This document shows positions 49,204 through 61,770 of a stretch of 64,000 nt of DNA, piece by piece. The notes under the pieces were generated by a model that saw only the letters and a program-made list of their open reading frames with translations, made no database searches and had not been told where the DNA came from. This stretch comes from Centroscyllium fabricii (taxonomy: Eukaryota): positions 289,168,001 to 289,232,000 of the forward strand of contig JBNRSN020000002.1 of the NCBI GenBank assembly GCA_051313645.2, read 5' to 3'. The translations under genes and the position numbers were made by a program. Position 1 is the stretch's first letter. Each line of letters opens with the position of its first letter.

Positions 49204-51419
49204 CTGAAACTAAAGATGCCTCCAGAGATCAAGCTGAGTGGATTACCCTAGACAGACTAGCGAGTGGGTATGGAGACATCCATCTCCCCACTGCCCATGA
49301 CATAATTTATTCATAACACTTACTATTAGATCTTCTGTCATGTTAAGAAAGAAAGACTTGCATTTATATAGAATGCCTTTCATGACCACTGGCCGTCTCA
49401 AAGCGCTTTACAGCCAATGAAGAACTTTTGAAGTGGAGTCACTATTGTAATGTGGGGTGTTACTTATGGGTAGTCCAGAACCGTATGCGTACCACATTCA
49501 CAGTGAAGCGTAAACATGATGGTGGTTTGCCCACCACTATTATAGCAAATTTGATGAAGCAGCATATTACATAATTGACATGAGATAAAAAGTATTACAC
49601 TTTACCAATATTAATCATCTCAGATATATGTAGAGGATGTGAACTGGAGAATTAGATATGGCTCAAACTGCCATATTCCTAACCATTAATTTTAATCACT
49701 GGATAATCAGGAGCACCACTGATGGCCACGTCCAAATCTCTCATTTACACTGCTGACCAACAAGACTCCATGCTGGAAGCAATTTTGGGAGTTTAATAGG
49801 GGCATATTTCTACAGGGGTTCTCCCACACCACAGCCGCAAATCCCGGAAAAATGGCACAAAGTGCTTCAGGAATGTTTTTCCTAATGTCAAGTCTCCAAT
49901 GATAGTAACTTGGAACAGGTTCACCACACTGACTGACGACTGATGCTAAGCTCAGACATTGCAGCTGCAAAGTGCTTTGCCTCAGAATTTTTACACAACA
50001 GATTAAACTGTATGAAACAATGGGAAAAATATTGCTTTTAAAAAATGTTGTTGCTTTAGGTCACTTAGCAAGTGTAAAATAATGTGTTATGGAGTGTGGC
50101 AAATGCCTATTAAATGCAAGACTTTCAATGATGTAGGCAAGACTTTCAATGATGTAGGTAGATAACAGATTTTCAACTTCAAAAAGACATTTTGTTGCAT
50201 TGCTCTTTCACTGATATTTACCCCAAAATATGCAATAAATTTTGACTCATACTTTTATACAACAGCATGTGTCAAAATAGAGATCTCAGCAGGCCTCATC
50301 TGTAATCAGAATTTGTAGAAATAAATGTGGAAAATAATTTCACACACCACTAAACACCAAAGAAGGATCTTCATCATTTATACTGAGCGTGACCAATGTT
50401 TTTCTTGATGTGGAAACCAATATATCAGCAAGTATTCATACAAAATGATGATAGACAGTTTCATTTCTTCATTGCCGACAATTACTGAAGCTAAGGATTG
50501 TCCTCTTAGTGGTAGTGTTCCGCAAGGCGAGACTTCCACCTGTGCTTCTGACAATGATCTAACCCTGACCAAATGGTTCCCTGGTCAGGGTTCATCAGGT
50601 GTGCACGGCTGGTCCTGGTGGGATTCCCGCCACCAGCAGAAAGCCCGTCATTACCTGGCTGCAAAATTTTGGTGGCCCTGAGTGGGTGAAAAGGTCAGAA
50701 GTGCTGCGAAGATCTGCACAACAGCCGTGGAAAGGTAAATTGCAATGAGAGTGGAGGGAGAAGAGGCCCCATAATGCTCTCTGGCTCCATGCTTGTGGGG
50801 GACCTCAGGGCTGTGGTGTATGGACAACATACACATATATACTGATGATGCTAGACTCTACCTCTGCATCACCTCTCTATATCACCCCGGGGCTATCCGA
50901 TTGCTTGTGCTCAATTCCAGTCTTGGCTGAGGCATAACTTCTTCCAGTTCAACACTGGAATGACCAAAGTCATCATTGTGGTGCCTGTGCCTTTAAGGAT
51001 TATACTGGGCACTGCATTATGTGATGTCACCATGCTGCAGTACATTTACCAACCACTATCGTGTATATAAGCTCGTGTGTGCAGTTTCTGTTTCAGTTCT
51101 GTTCTGCAGTGAGTTCCAGATTTACTATGACTAGTAAACATCGTTGTACCTTTACCGTCGAGTCTGTCGTTATTAATCCTTAATAGCGCGGACTTAACAA
51201 TGGCGACGAGGTCGGACGAAGCCATAGCTGTGCAATTGGCTACGTCGAGAAATGATGAAAGTTCTGTGTTGAACTAATCCATCGACCACCAAGGCACACC
51301 CTGCACCTCAAACCAAGGAGGGGCAGCGACTTCCAATGGTAGGAACTCATAGGCCTACACTTCAGAAATGGGAGTGGCGAAGCATCTTCACTCCAGCCAC
51401 CAGAAATCGGCATCAGGAG

Positions 51420-51705
51420 TCCACAGAAGTCGGCAGCAGCAGTCAACAGAATTCGGCAACAGCAGCCACCAGAATTCGACAGCAGCAGCCAGCAGCGATC
51501 GGCAACAGCAGCCAACAGAATTCGACAACAGCAGTCAACAGAATTCGGCAACAGCAGCCAACAGAATTCGGCAACAGCAGCCAACAGAATTCGACAACAG
51601 CAGCCAGCAGAATTCGGCAACAGCAGCCAACAGAATTCGACGGCAGGAACCAGCAGAGTTTTGCATCAGTAGCAGCCAGCAGGAATCGGCAACAGCAGCC
51701 AACAG
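51420..51705 (+). repeat. 23-bp tandem array in the 5' leader
   Basis: GGCAACAGCAGCCAACAGAATTC units, about 11 copies. Confidence 0.88.
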
Positions 51706-51879
51706 CGACCGGGTGCCCAGCTCTACTGCGGCAGGTAGGCCACGGAGCAGGACCCAGCCAACAGAAGTGGTCGTCGAGGATCAGGGGTGGTCCTCCGACC
51801 TGAAGAAAAATTACAGCTACCAGGTAGAAAGCATTTGTTACTCTGACCGTGGGAGGGAAGTAAGACTCAGCGGGGAAGA

Positions 51880-52290
51880 GGTGCGCAGAGGCGGGGAGAC
51901 ACCATTTTGGGGCGCGAAGACGCCGGAAGAGACGCGCAAGGGTGGGAAAAGACGCCATCTTAGCATGCAAAGAAAATGGAAGAGACAGGCAGGGGCGGGA
52001 CCAGACGCCATCTTAGCGCGAGAAGAAACTGGAAGAGGCGCGCAGGGGCGGGACCAGACACCATCGAAGCGCGGGAAGAAAACAGAAGAGACGCGCAGGG
52101 GCGGGACCAGGCGCCATCGAAGCGTGGGAAGAAAATGGAAGAGACACGCAGGGGCGGGACCAGACGTCATCTTAGCGCGAGAAGAAAACGGAAGAGACGC
52201 GCAGGGGTAGGACCAGTCGCCATCTTAGCGCGGGAAGAAGGTGGGAAGATGCCGGAAGAGACACACAGGGGTGGGACAAGACGCCATCTT
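51880..52290 (+). repeat. About 53-bp tandem array in the 5' leader
   Basis: GAAGAGACGCGCAGGGGCGGGACCAGACGCCATCTTAGCGCG units, about 7 copies. Confidence 0.85.
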
Positions 52291-52312
52291 ACCCCAATAG
52301 CATACAGTAAAG

Positions 52313-53643
52313 ATGGGGGAACAGGAAAACGCACAACCAGAGGCAACCAGAGCCAGACAAAATAGAATTGTACCAAACGGGTTTGGGGCTTTCCAGTCAG
52401 AAAAAGAGGACTGGGAAGCATATTTAGAACATTTTGATATATACTCCAACGTAGCAGATGAAAACAAACTAAATGTTTTACTAAACGCAGTAGGACCCGA
52501 AACATATGGGTTACTACGAACGCTAGTAGCCCCGGATAGACCGGCGAATAAAACACTCCAAGATGTAAAGGATATCTTAAAGGAAAATCTAAACCCCAGA
52601 CCCCCGTTCATAGCAGAACATTTTAAATTCTTCAATAGAGAACAGCAAAAGGGGGAGTCAAAGTCCGAGTATCTGACCAAACTTAGACGTTTAGCAAAAC
52701 ACTGCGACTTTGGGGATGAACTAGTTAATTATTTGAGAGACAGATTTGTCTGTGGCATTCTGGACGAGGCCACTCACAAGAAGTTACTGGCTAAAAAGAC
52801 GCTCACGTTAGAGCAAGCTTTAGAAACAGCCGCAGCCCACGAGGCTGCTGCAGCAGGGGCAGCACAGATAAGAAACAGCGGGGGTTGCCTAGAAACCCAC
52901 GAAATTACGACTCGCACGAAAAAGTGCTACCGCTGTGGCAAGTCCACACACGATCAAAACAACTGCTGGGCCAGGGATAAGGATTGTAGGCAGTGTGGCA
53001 CGATAGGCCACATTGCGGCGGTTTGTAGGTCAGGGAGACAAACAAAAGGGTCACGAAGGCAAACACAAAAACAGGGCGGTCCCAGGAAGGTAGACAAAAT
53101 TACAGAAGACGGTTCGGAGAGCGAACCAGATAACCAGGGCAGAGAACACTGGGGGCTAGGAAGCCTAAAAGTCTACAACAGGGGCGGTCACACTGACTGG
53201 AGTATAATATGGATTCCCCTTAGGGTGGCAGGGGTACCCATATCAATGGAGCTAGACACAGGGTCGGCTCTATCGGTCATAAACAAACATTTTTACAAAA
53301 AGACGTTTAAAGGAATACCCCTACAACAGTCCCCTGTGATACTGAAAACATACACGGGACAGATGTTTAGGACTTTGGGGAGGTTGCCCGTCACAGTTAG
53401 ATATGAAGGTAATCAGACAAAAGGTCTTTACCGAAATGTCTTAAAGGATGGTGGAGCACCACTCTTGGGGCGTGAATGGATAAACAAAATCCATATAGAT
53501 TGGAACTCAACCCATGACTTACACATAAAGGGTGAAGAAAATAATACAGCCACGTCGGACAAACTGGATATACACCAGAGGCATATCTCCCGTCTGACTC
53601 AGGGGCTACAGGAAGCCCGAGACCAAATTGATTTGTTGCGGAC
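52313..53643 (+). CDS. Gag (double zinc knuckle) plus aspartic protease; 5' part of the interrupted 801-aa ORF
   Basis: LRDRFVCG, CYRCGKSTH..C, CRQCGTIGH...C, ELDTGS, LLGREW; no stops up to the nested insertion. Confidence 0.88.
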
Positions 53644-54350
53644 TATTGTGTATTATATCATATAATAATACAAGGACACCAGAGATAAAATAAACAAGTC
53701 TTTACTGGGGGTCGTCATCAGGAGAAGTGAGGAGTGTGGCTCCACCCCTTATTTATACTGGGGCCCGGAACTTCTTTACAATACAATGTATTCTTACACA
53801 GCAAGAAGTTCCGGGCTTCACAATATAGTGCACTGTCTACACATACACCACACTCCTCCCCTTTTAGTTTTTACAGCAATCTTTGTTAACTATATACAAT
53901 ACAATCTTTGTTAACTATAAACAATACACTACTTTTACAATTCCTGTCTTTATGAATAACATCCATTTGTAAAAGTAAACAAACAATCGCTGATGATAAT
54001 TGCTTTGGTTATCATTACAAGTTCAGCCTTTTTGGAGGCCTTCGATCCCTCATGGGATATCGTCGTTCCCTTGTTTCCGGCTCTCTATGTGGGCTTGGCT
54101 CCCTGTCATCTAAGGGATGATTTGTATCGTCTAGCACCTCAATGAGGTCTTCAATCTCGCTGCTGTATTCTTCCATCTGAGCATATGCATGTGATCTGTG
54201 GTGCTCTTCAGTCTGAGTGTGTGACTGAGATCTGTTTAATAATTGGTCGGCGTGTCTGCGTACTGTGTTGTCTCCCACATTCATGGTATAGGTGAGTGGC
54301 CCCTGGCGTTCACTTATTGTTCCGGGTTGCCACTTTTCTGTTGTCCGGTA

Positions 54351-55335
54351 GTCAAAGAAGCACCAGTAGTAGATCCGGTAGAGATTTTCCATGCAACTAT
54401 TGTTGATGCACTGCCAGTCACCAATGCCGCGATAGAGACAGAGACTAGGAAAGACTCGACACTGTCGCGGGTGTATGATCTAACGGTATCCGGATGGCCA
54501 GCACAGGGTGACCCACTGTTGCCAGCATTTTCTGCCAGAAGTGAACAACTGTCAGTGTGCCGAGGAACCCTAATGTGCGGCACACGGGTGATCATTCCTC
54601 CCAAACTCCAAGAAAAAGTTCTCAAAGAACTCCATGAAGGACATCTGGGGGGAGTAAAGATGAAAAGCCTCGCCAGGGCATATGTGTGGTGGCCAGGCAT
54701 AGATAAACAGATAGAGGACCTGGCCAAAGGATGCAATGGATGCCAGAAGGTCGAAAACGCGCCGCCACCAGGGCCCCTACATCCGTGGGAGTGGCCCTCC
54801 TCTCCTTGGCAGAGGGTACACATAGACTTTGCTGGCCCATTCATGAACTCAATGTTCCTTATCGCTGTCGACGCCCACTCGAAATGGCCGGAGGTCATCA
54901 AGATGTCCTCTACCACTACAGAGAATACCAATTCGGTCTTGAGGATGATCTTCGCCAGAAATGGATTGCCAGAGCAAATATGCTCAGATAATGAGCCTCA
55001 ATTCGTGGCGGAGGAATTCAAAAGTTTCATGAAAGTTAATGGAATCAAACACTTCACGTCAGCACCTTATCACCCAGCCACAAATGGTCTGGCTGAACAT
55101 TTCGTCCAAACCTTCAAGAAAGGTATGAAGGCAATGTGTGATGACAACAGGAAATTGCAACATAAACTTGACTGTTTCTTGTTTGCGTACAGAAATACGG
55201 CGCATTCTGTCACTGGGCAGCCTCCTTCGATACTGATGTTCAACCGACGGTTAAGGTCAAAATTGGACCTGGTGAAACCAAACATAAGAAGGGAGGTAGA
55301 AGACCAACAGTACCAGAGGGTATATGAGAAACCCA
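54351..55335 (+). pseudogene. Integrase segment inverted relative to its element
   Basis: HEGHLG..KMKSLAR, HIDFAGP and PYHPATNGLAE read on plus, while gag, PR and the integrase tail are on minus. Confidence 0.9.
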
Positions 55336-55800
55336 TGTACATCTACGTACTGTATGCAGTACTGGGTTAATGGTGACTTTGAAGTCCCCACATATTCAAA
55401 CTTTTTGTGGTTCCCCAGGTGTATCCCTTAAGGGTTTCTTCATAACCGGTATAATTGGCGTGGCCCATTCGCTATACATGACTTTAGAAAGTACCCCTGC
55501 CCGCTCGAGGCTCTCTAATTCTGCCTCCACGGCCGGGCGAATGGCATACGGCACAGGTCTTGCCTTAAAGAATTTCGGGGTGGCATTTCCTTCGATCTTG
55601 ATGGTGGCGGTCATACCTCTAAGGGTTCCTAGTCCTTCCTGGAATATCTCTTTCGTTCTGTTCAGTATCTCCGCCAGTCTAGCTGGATTGTCGCTAGCAT
55701 CTCTGTTGGCCTGGGTGGAACGCCAGTCAAGTTGGATTTTCCTGATCCACTCACGTCCAAGTAATGGCGGACCTCCATTCTGTAAGATGTAGATGTACAT

Positions 55801-56943
55801 ATAGAACATAGAACATAGAGCATAGAACATACAGCACTGTACAGGCCCTTGGGCCCTCAATGTAGTGCCGCCCTTAGTCCGTCTCTGATTTTTCCTGACC
55901 CCCTACTGTTCCTTCCCCTCCATGTACCTGTCTATCATCCTTTTAAAAGCACCCAGACTGTCCGCATCCACTATTTCAGATGGTAGCCTATTCCATTCCC
56001 CGACCACTCTCTGTGTAAAGAACCTGCCCCTGCCATCCCTTCTGAATCTTCCTCCTTGAATCTTGTGCTCGTGTCCTCTTGTTGACGTTCTTCCCGCCCG
56101 GGGAAACAGTCTTTGCACGTTTACTCTATCGATCCCCTTCATCATTTTAAACATCTCTATCAAGTCCCCCCTCTTCCTTCTCCGTTCCAGGGAGAAGAGT
56201 CCCAGCTCCCTCAACCTCTCCTCGTATGACTTTCCTCCCATTCCCGGCAGCATCCTGGTGAATCTCCTCTGCACCCTCTCCAGCGCCTCCACATCTCTCC
56301 TGTAGTACGGTGCCCAGAACTGCACACAGTACTCCACGTGTGGCCTCACCAGTGACCTGTACAGCTGCAGCATGACCTCCCGGTTCTTAAACTCTATTCC
56401 CCTGTTGATGAAGGCCAATACACCATAGGCCTTTTTTACTGCTTTGTCCACCTGGGTGGCAGCCTTCAGTGATCTGTGTACATATACTCCCAGATCCCTT
56501 TGCTCCTCTGCTTCACTCAGGATCCTGCCATTGACCCTATATTCCCTCTTCCTATTTGCCCTGCCGAAGTGCATCACCTCGCATTTCCCCGTGTTGAACT
56601 CCATTTGCCATTCTTCAGCCCAGCTCTGCATCCTGTCTATATCCCTCTGAATCTTTCTACTTCCTTCCTCCTCCTCCACTTCTCCCCCAATCTTTGTGTC
56701 ATCCGCAAACTTGCTGACCCACCCCTCAGTCCCCTCCTCCAAGTCATTGATGAAGATTACAAACAGTAGTGGCCCCAACACCGACCCCTGTGGTACCCCA
56801 CTGGTGACCGGTCTCCAGCCCGAGTATTGGCCCTCTACCACTACCCTCTGCTTCCTTTGAGCCAGCCAGTTCTCAATCCATCCCACCACTTTGTTGCTTA
56901 CCCCGCAACTCCTTACTTTCCTCATGAGCCGACCGTGCGGGAC
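55801..56943 (-). mobile_element. Young 5'-truncated CR1 inserted in the protease of the nested element
   Basis: Open RT C-terminal half (QGSVLGP, FADD) and (CTATGTT)n tail; flanked by CAT. Confidence 0.95.
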
Positions 56944-58026
56944 CATGTTAGCTATGTTTCTACCGCGGTAACGTACGGTGACTTTAAATTTTCCTTTGGG
57001 GCATACTTTCTGTCCCGTGTACGTCTTCAAGGTTATCTTCGTTTGTTTCAGTGGAATATGTGAAAAGAGCCGTTCATAGTCTCTCTTATTTATAATAGTG
57101 AGGGCTGACCCAGTATCCAGTTCCATGTCAAGTCGGACCTTTTCAATGTTAAGTTTGACCCAGATGGTCCCACGATCGTCATTTTCGCTGACCTTGTTCA
57201 GCTTAAGAGAGCCCAGGTCTGTGCTGGAGTTGTCGGTTTTACCCTTTTCGTCCTCCGAGTCTGAACTACCCTCGGTTACTCTGTGGACCTTGGTGTTTGT
57301 CCATTTTGGGGATATTTTACTTTCTTTACTCGGTTTATTCCCCGCTCTACAGACCCTGGCAATGTGGCCAATTTTGCCGCATTGTCTACACTGTTTGTCT
57401 TTAAACCAGCAGCTTTTCTGGTCGTGGGTTGTTCTGCCACATCAGTAGCATCTATCAAATCTCTGAGACATCTTGTTAGCCTCATACTCCCGCTCCCGTG
57501 GTTGGTGTTGAATTTCCGCCGCACTTTTATCTGCCGATTCGTGGGACAAGGCTATATTAAAAGCCGTTTCCAAAGTTAAGTCTTTCTTTGTTAAGAGCAG
57601 TTTTTGCGTGCTCTCGCTGACTAAACCACATACAAATCTATCTCTTAGCAGTTCTGACCGCATGTCTCCATATTGACAATGGTCTGCTAGTTTCCTTAAT
57701 TCAGAGTGGTATTCCGCATTTGACTCCCCTCTATGTTGATCCCTTCGATGAAATTTAAAATGTTCAGCGAGTATCAACGGTGCAGGGCTTAAATGTTCCT
57801 TAAGCAATGTGACTATCTGTGTATAAGTCTTGTCAATCGGTTTCGTCGGCGCCGCTAAACTTTTTAAAAGCCCGAAAGTTTTTGCACCCATCGCATTTAA
57901 AAGGGTTATAGTCTTTTTATTGTCATCAATTTCATTAGCTCGGCAATATATCTCGACTCTGTCGATATATGTGTCCCAATTCTCAATATCGCTGTCAAAA
58001 GCTGCCAAGCTATTATTTCTGGCCAT
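56944..58026 (-). pseudogene. gag-protease of the nested element
   Basis: One frame with a single TGA at 57442-57444 in the first zinc knuckle; ELDTGS at about 57120. Confidence 0.9.
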
Positions 58027-58982
58027 TTTCTTAACCCTTTTATCCTTTCCAAAATGTCGATTTTTTTTTCCCCTTGTCCTTCTTCACCGGGGTTTCCCGC
58101 TCTTTCTGAGTAAAGATGGCGCTTTTCCCCGCCCTTGTCCTTCTTCCCCGGGGTTTTCGCGCCTTTATTTATTTCTTTGGTTTGCCCAAGTGTGGCTCTG
58201 CAGTGTCCTGTCTGCAGAATTGCCTCCGCTGCACCAAAGCTTATGCACGGCGTCTTGCAACCCTTGGCTCTGGGTTCGTGGCTTTCTGGTCGGTGCCAAT
58301 TGTGCCCCGCTGCCAAAACCCTTCTATGTTTTCCCTGGCTCAGAAATCAGTGCTGAGCGCTTCGCTGCCGGCAATGGCTTCTCAACTTCCACCCTATTTA
58401 TTTGCCGTTTTTCCCCCGCTCCGTGACTCAGGCAGGCTGTCTTGGTCGTGCCGCCGGTCAAGAGAGCTTTTGAGAAAAGTAAACGGTTGTACCTGCAGCC
58501 AGTCCATGTGCTGGCTTCACCTCTGTGTCCGTCTCTGTCTGCTGAAACCGGAGAATCAAGCCTGGTCCTCGACAGTTGGTTGGAGATTCAGCAGTCTTTC
58601 TTTGTGCTGGGCCTAGCTCAGTGCAGATTTTGCAGCCTGTCTGTACATCAGGTGGAGATCTGTGCTCGACGCCCACTGCTGGAATGTTCTGGAATACTTC
58701 TTTTCGGTTTTTTTTAAACAGAAATCCACAAGTGTGAGGCTGGGTTATTCCGCTATCTCGTCGCCAATTATTGTGTATTATATCATATAATAATACAAGG
58801 ACACCAGAGATAAAATAAACAAGTCTTTACTGGTGGTCGTCATCAGGAGAAGTGAGGAATGTGGCTCCGCCCCTTATTTATACTGGGGCCCGGAACTTCT
58901 TTACAATACAATGTATTCTTACACAGCAAGAAGTTCTGGGCTTCACAATATAGTGCACTGTGTACACATACACCACACGGAC

Positions 58983-60057
58983 TGCACAAAGCGAGTGGAA
59001 GCATCAACACATACGATCACGGTTGAACGGAGAACTTCAGATAACTGAAGGAGGGACTTTGAGTGAACTGACTCAGAGTCCTGAATTGGCTGAACCAAAA
59101 GACGGCACGTTGCCTTACGGTGCTGGACTGAGTTACGCACCTCCATCACTGATACCAGCAAGCACCCCAGACACACAAAGGGGCTGCAAGAACTTGGCTA
59201 ACAATAACCAGAGCCCAGTAGTCGACTCTAAATCTGGGAAGAACGTTAATAAGAAGAAAGGTCTTCTGAAGAACCTTCCTGTGATTTCCAATAGGACTGC
59301 TACTTCAGAAAGTTGCTCAGTCCCTGATGGTGGCTCTACTTCAGAAATACTCAAACTTGAATTGAACAATAAGACTGATGTCAAGGACAAGGTGATCCGT
59401 TGTCTCCAGATTAGTTTCAAAGGTCAGGTGAAATTTCTGCAAGCTGAGCTACAAACCTCCAAAGTTACAGTGGCTGCTTCGCAGGACAGAAATGAGTCAC
59501 TGGAGGAGATGCACAAAGAAATGAACCAACTTAAGGCTCAGATGCAGGAGTTGCATGAAACAAACAAGGCACTGCAAGACTATTTGGTTGAGACCAAGGA
59601 ACAAAATAAGGATCTTCAGACACAGCTGAGCTCCAAAATAACTGACTATGAGAGCAAATTGGAGCAGCTCTCAACTGGCAGGAAAGAAAAGTGCTTGGTG
59701 GCAATAACCAAGCAACAAGAGACTGAGAAGAACCTGCAAGTAGTGCGGAACCTTCTTAAACAGTCAACTGAAGAGGTTGATGGACTTCAGGAGAAACTGG
59801 CTGTAATGGAGCAGGAGAAAGAGCTATTGGCGGAAGGTAAAGCGGAGGTTGAAAGAAAACTCGATTGCGTGACTGCTGAACTCGGGAAGCTGGGAGTGTT
59901 GGTGGGGACAGCTGAAGAGCAAGGCTATCCAGAGATGACGGACGCTGAATGGCTTGGAGGACACGGCTACCAGTTTGCCGATGAAAGCCATACAGTCAAG
60001 GAACCAACCACGAAAGCAAAGAAACAACACCGTCGGAGAAAAACTAGAAATCGTTAA
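58983..60057 (+). CDS. Coiled-coil and basic-tail domain; in-frame 3' part of the same ORF
   Basis: Joining across the CGGAC TSD gives DLLRT-AQSEWKH; E/K/Q/L-rich heptads; ends KAKKQHRRRKTRNR. Confidence 0.8.
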
Positions 60058-61732
60058 ATGTTAAAATTGTTAACAATGTTGGAACGTTCAAATGTACAGA
60101 GTGGATGTAACTAGAAATTGTTAAATGTTAAAATTGTTAACTATGTTAGAACATTCAAATGTATAGAGCGGATGCACCATGTTAAGGAAGAGTACAAGGT
60201 GACAAACGTACGTTGATTATTGTGGTAAAAATGTTATTTCAATTTAGAGAATGTAACATGGAACGTTCGAGCTAAAAATATTGTTTGTACGAAAAGGTTA
60301 TACTGAGTGGAATGGTGTCAAAAATGATGGTAAGAGACTAACTAGCATCGAACAATGTATGTAACAAAAGTTAACTGTTGTACCCCCTTGTATACTTATC
60401 ATCGAACGATGTATGTAACAAAAGTTAATTGTTATACTCCCAAGTGTACTTATCATCGTACCTGTACGATTGAATTAGGAAGGGAGGAATGTGGTGTATG
60501 GACAACATACACATATATATTGATGATGCTAGACTCTACCTCTGCATCACCTCTCTATATCACCCGGGGCTATCCAATTGCTTTTGCTCAATTCCAGTCT
60601 TGGCTGAGGCATAACTTCTTCCAGTTCAACACTGGAATGACCAAAGCCATCATTGTGGTGCCTGTGCCTTTAAGGATTATACTGGGCACTGCATTATGTG
60701 ATGTCACCATGCTGCAGTACCTTTACCACCACTATCGTGTATATAAGCTCGTGTGTGCAGTTTCTGTTTCAGTTCTGTTCTGCTGCAGTTCCAGATTTAC
60801 TATGACTAGTAAACATCATTGTACCCTTACCGTCGAGTCTCTCGTTATTAATCCTTAATAGCGCAGACTTAATAAGGGCTGTTACTGCTGCTTCCCAGGG
60901 CCTGCTAATACCTTTGACATGGCAGCCCTGGGAGGCGATGATAATAGAGGTGGATGGGATCCAGGCCTCATGCCTCCACTGCCATTTGCATGTGCTGGCT
61001 GAGAAAGGAGCAGCCAGTAATGGTCACGGCAGGAGCAGGGGATTCATTGCTGGTCAGGCGGTGCAGCCTGCCGCTGTCTCAATTAATTTTGCATCAATTA
61101 TTGTTGCTATCTTGCCCCAATGCAGAGGAGAATGCAGTCCAATATGTAAATGGACAGAATAATCGCAGATGAAATTTAATGCAGACAAGTGTAAGTAACA
61201 AAAACATAGGGGCCAGAACGAAAAGGTGGGTGGTCAGCAGTCAAATGGGAATGGGGTCAATGGAGTAGGAGGTGGGTCTCATGGAAAAAATGAGCTTGGA
61301 CAGGGCATGAGGGTAGACAGGAAAGAGACTAAAGAAAGGCGCAGGTTCAGGGCTAGAACAGGAGCGAGCATGGAGGGAAGTTTGGCTTGGTGGGCAAGGG
61401 GAAGTGGGAGCAGGGAATGGGAAAGCAGCAAAGGCCATTCGAATGGATGATCTTCTGGAGGCAAAATCCCTGGAATCATTTAAGAATCAATTAGAGGGAT
61501 TTTAGGACATTTCTGGATGGATGAATTATGATCGACTGAATGGCCTTCCTCATTCGCAATTGTCTTATGATCTTGTGACCTACATGAAACACAGCAATCA
61601 ATGTGATTTAAAAAAATGTATGTAGCAGTTTTCCATATGTATTTCAATCATGGCACATAAAAGCAGTGTTTGGGTAAACTAATGCAAGAAGTCACACAAC
61701 ACCAGGTTATAGTCCAACAGTTTTATTTTAAA

Positions 61733-61770
61733 TCACAAGCTTTCGGAGCTTCTGCCCCTTCGTCAGGTGA
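61733..61770 (-). ncRNA. Minimal type I hammerhead ribozyme motif
   Basis: UCAC CUGACGA A GGGGC AGAA GCUCC GAAA GCUU GUGA. Confidence 0.75.

Larger units (their letters stand above)
53644..58977 (-). mobile_element. Mag-like Gypsy element nested antisense, internally rearranged
   Basis: 209-bp LTRs 53644-53852 and 58769-58977 (about 5 mismatches); TSD CGGAC; PBS TGGCGACGAG at 58766-58757; PPT at 53853. Confidence 0.95.
50812..60874 (+). mobile_element. Non-autonomous Mag-like LTR retrotransposon (Gag-PR-coiled coil), host of a nested LTR element
   Basis: LTRs 50812-51199 and 60490-60874; TSD AGGGC; PBS TGGCGACGAGG at 51201 (tRNA-Ser-like); PPT AGGAAGGGAGGAA; no RT, RNase H or integrase of its own. 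Confidence 0.95.

Noticed and set aside
51240-52365. Gln/Ser-rich and Cys/Leu-rich ORFs of 110-280 aa
   Set aside because: Translations of the 23-bp and 53-bp leader arrays in several frames and on both strands.
58960-60057. Stand-alone host coiled-coil gene or retroviral env
   Set aside because: Its start codon lies in the nested LTR; it is in frame with upstream gag-pro and inside the LTR pair; no signal peptide or transmembrane segment is visible.
60355-60858. 167-aa ORF crossing into the 3' LTR
   Set aside because: Built from 3' UTR duplications and LTR sequence; the 5' LTR has indels breaking the same frame.
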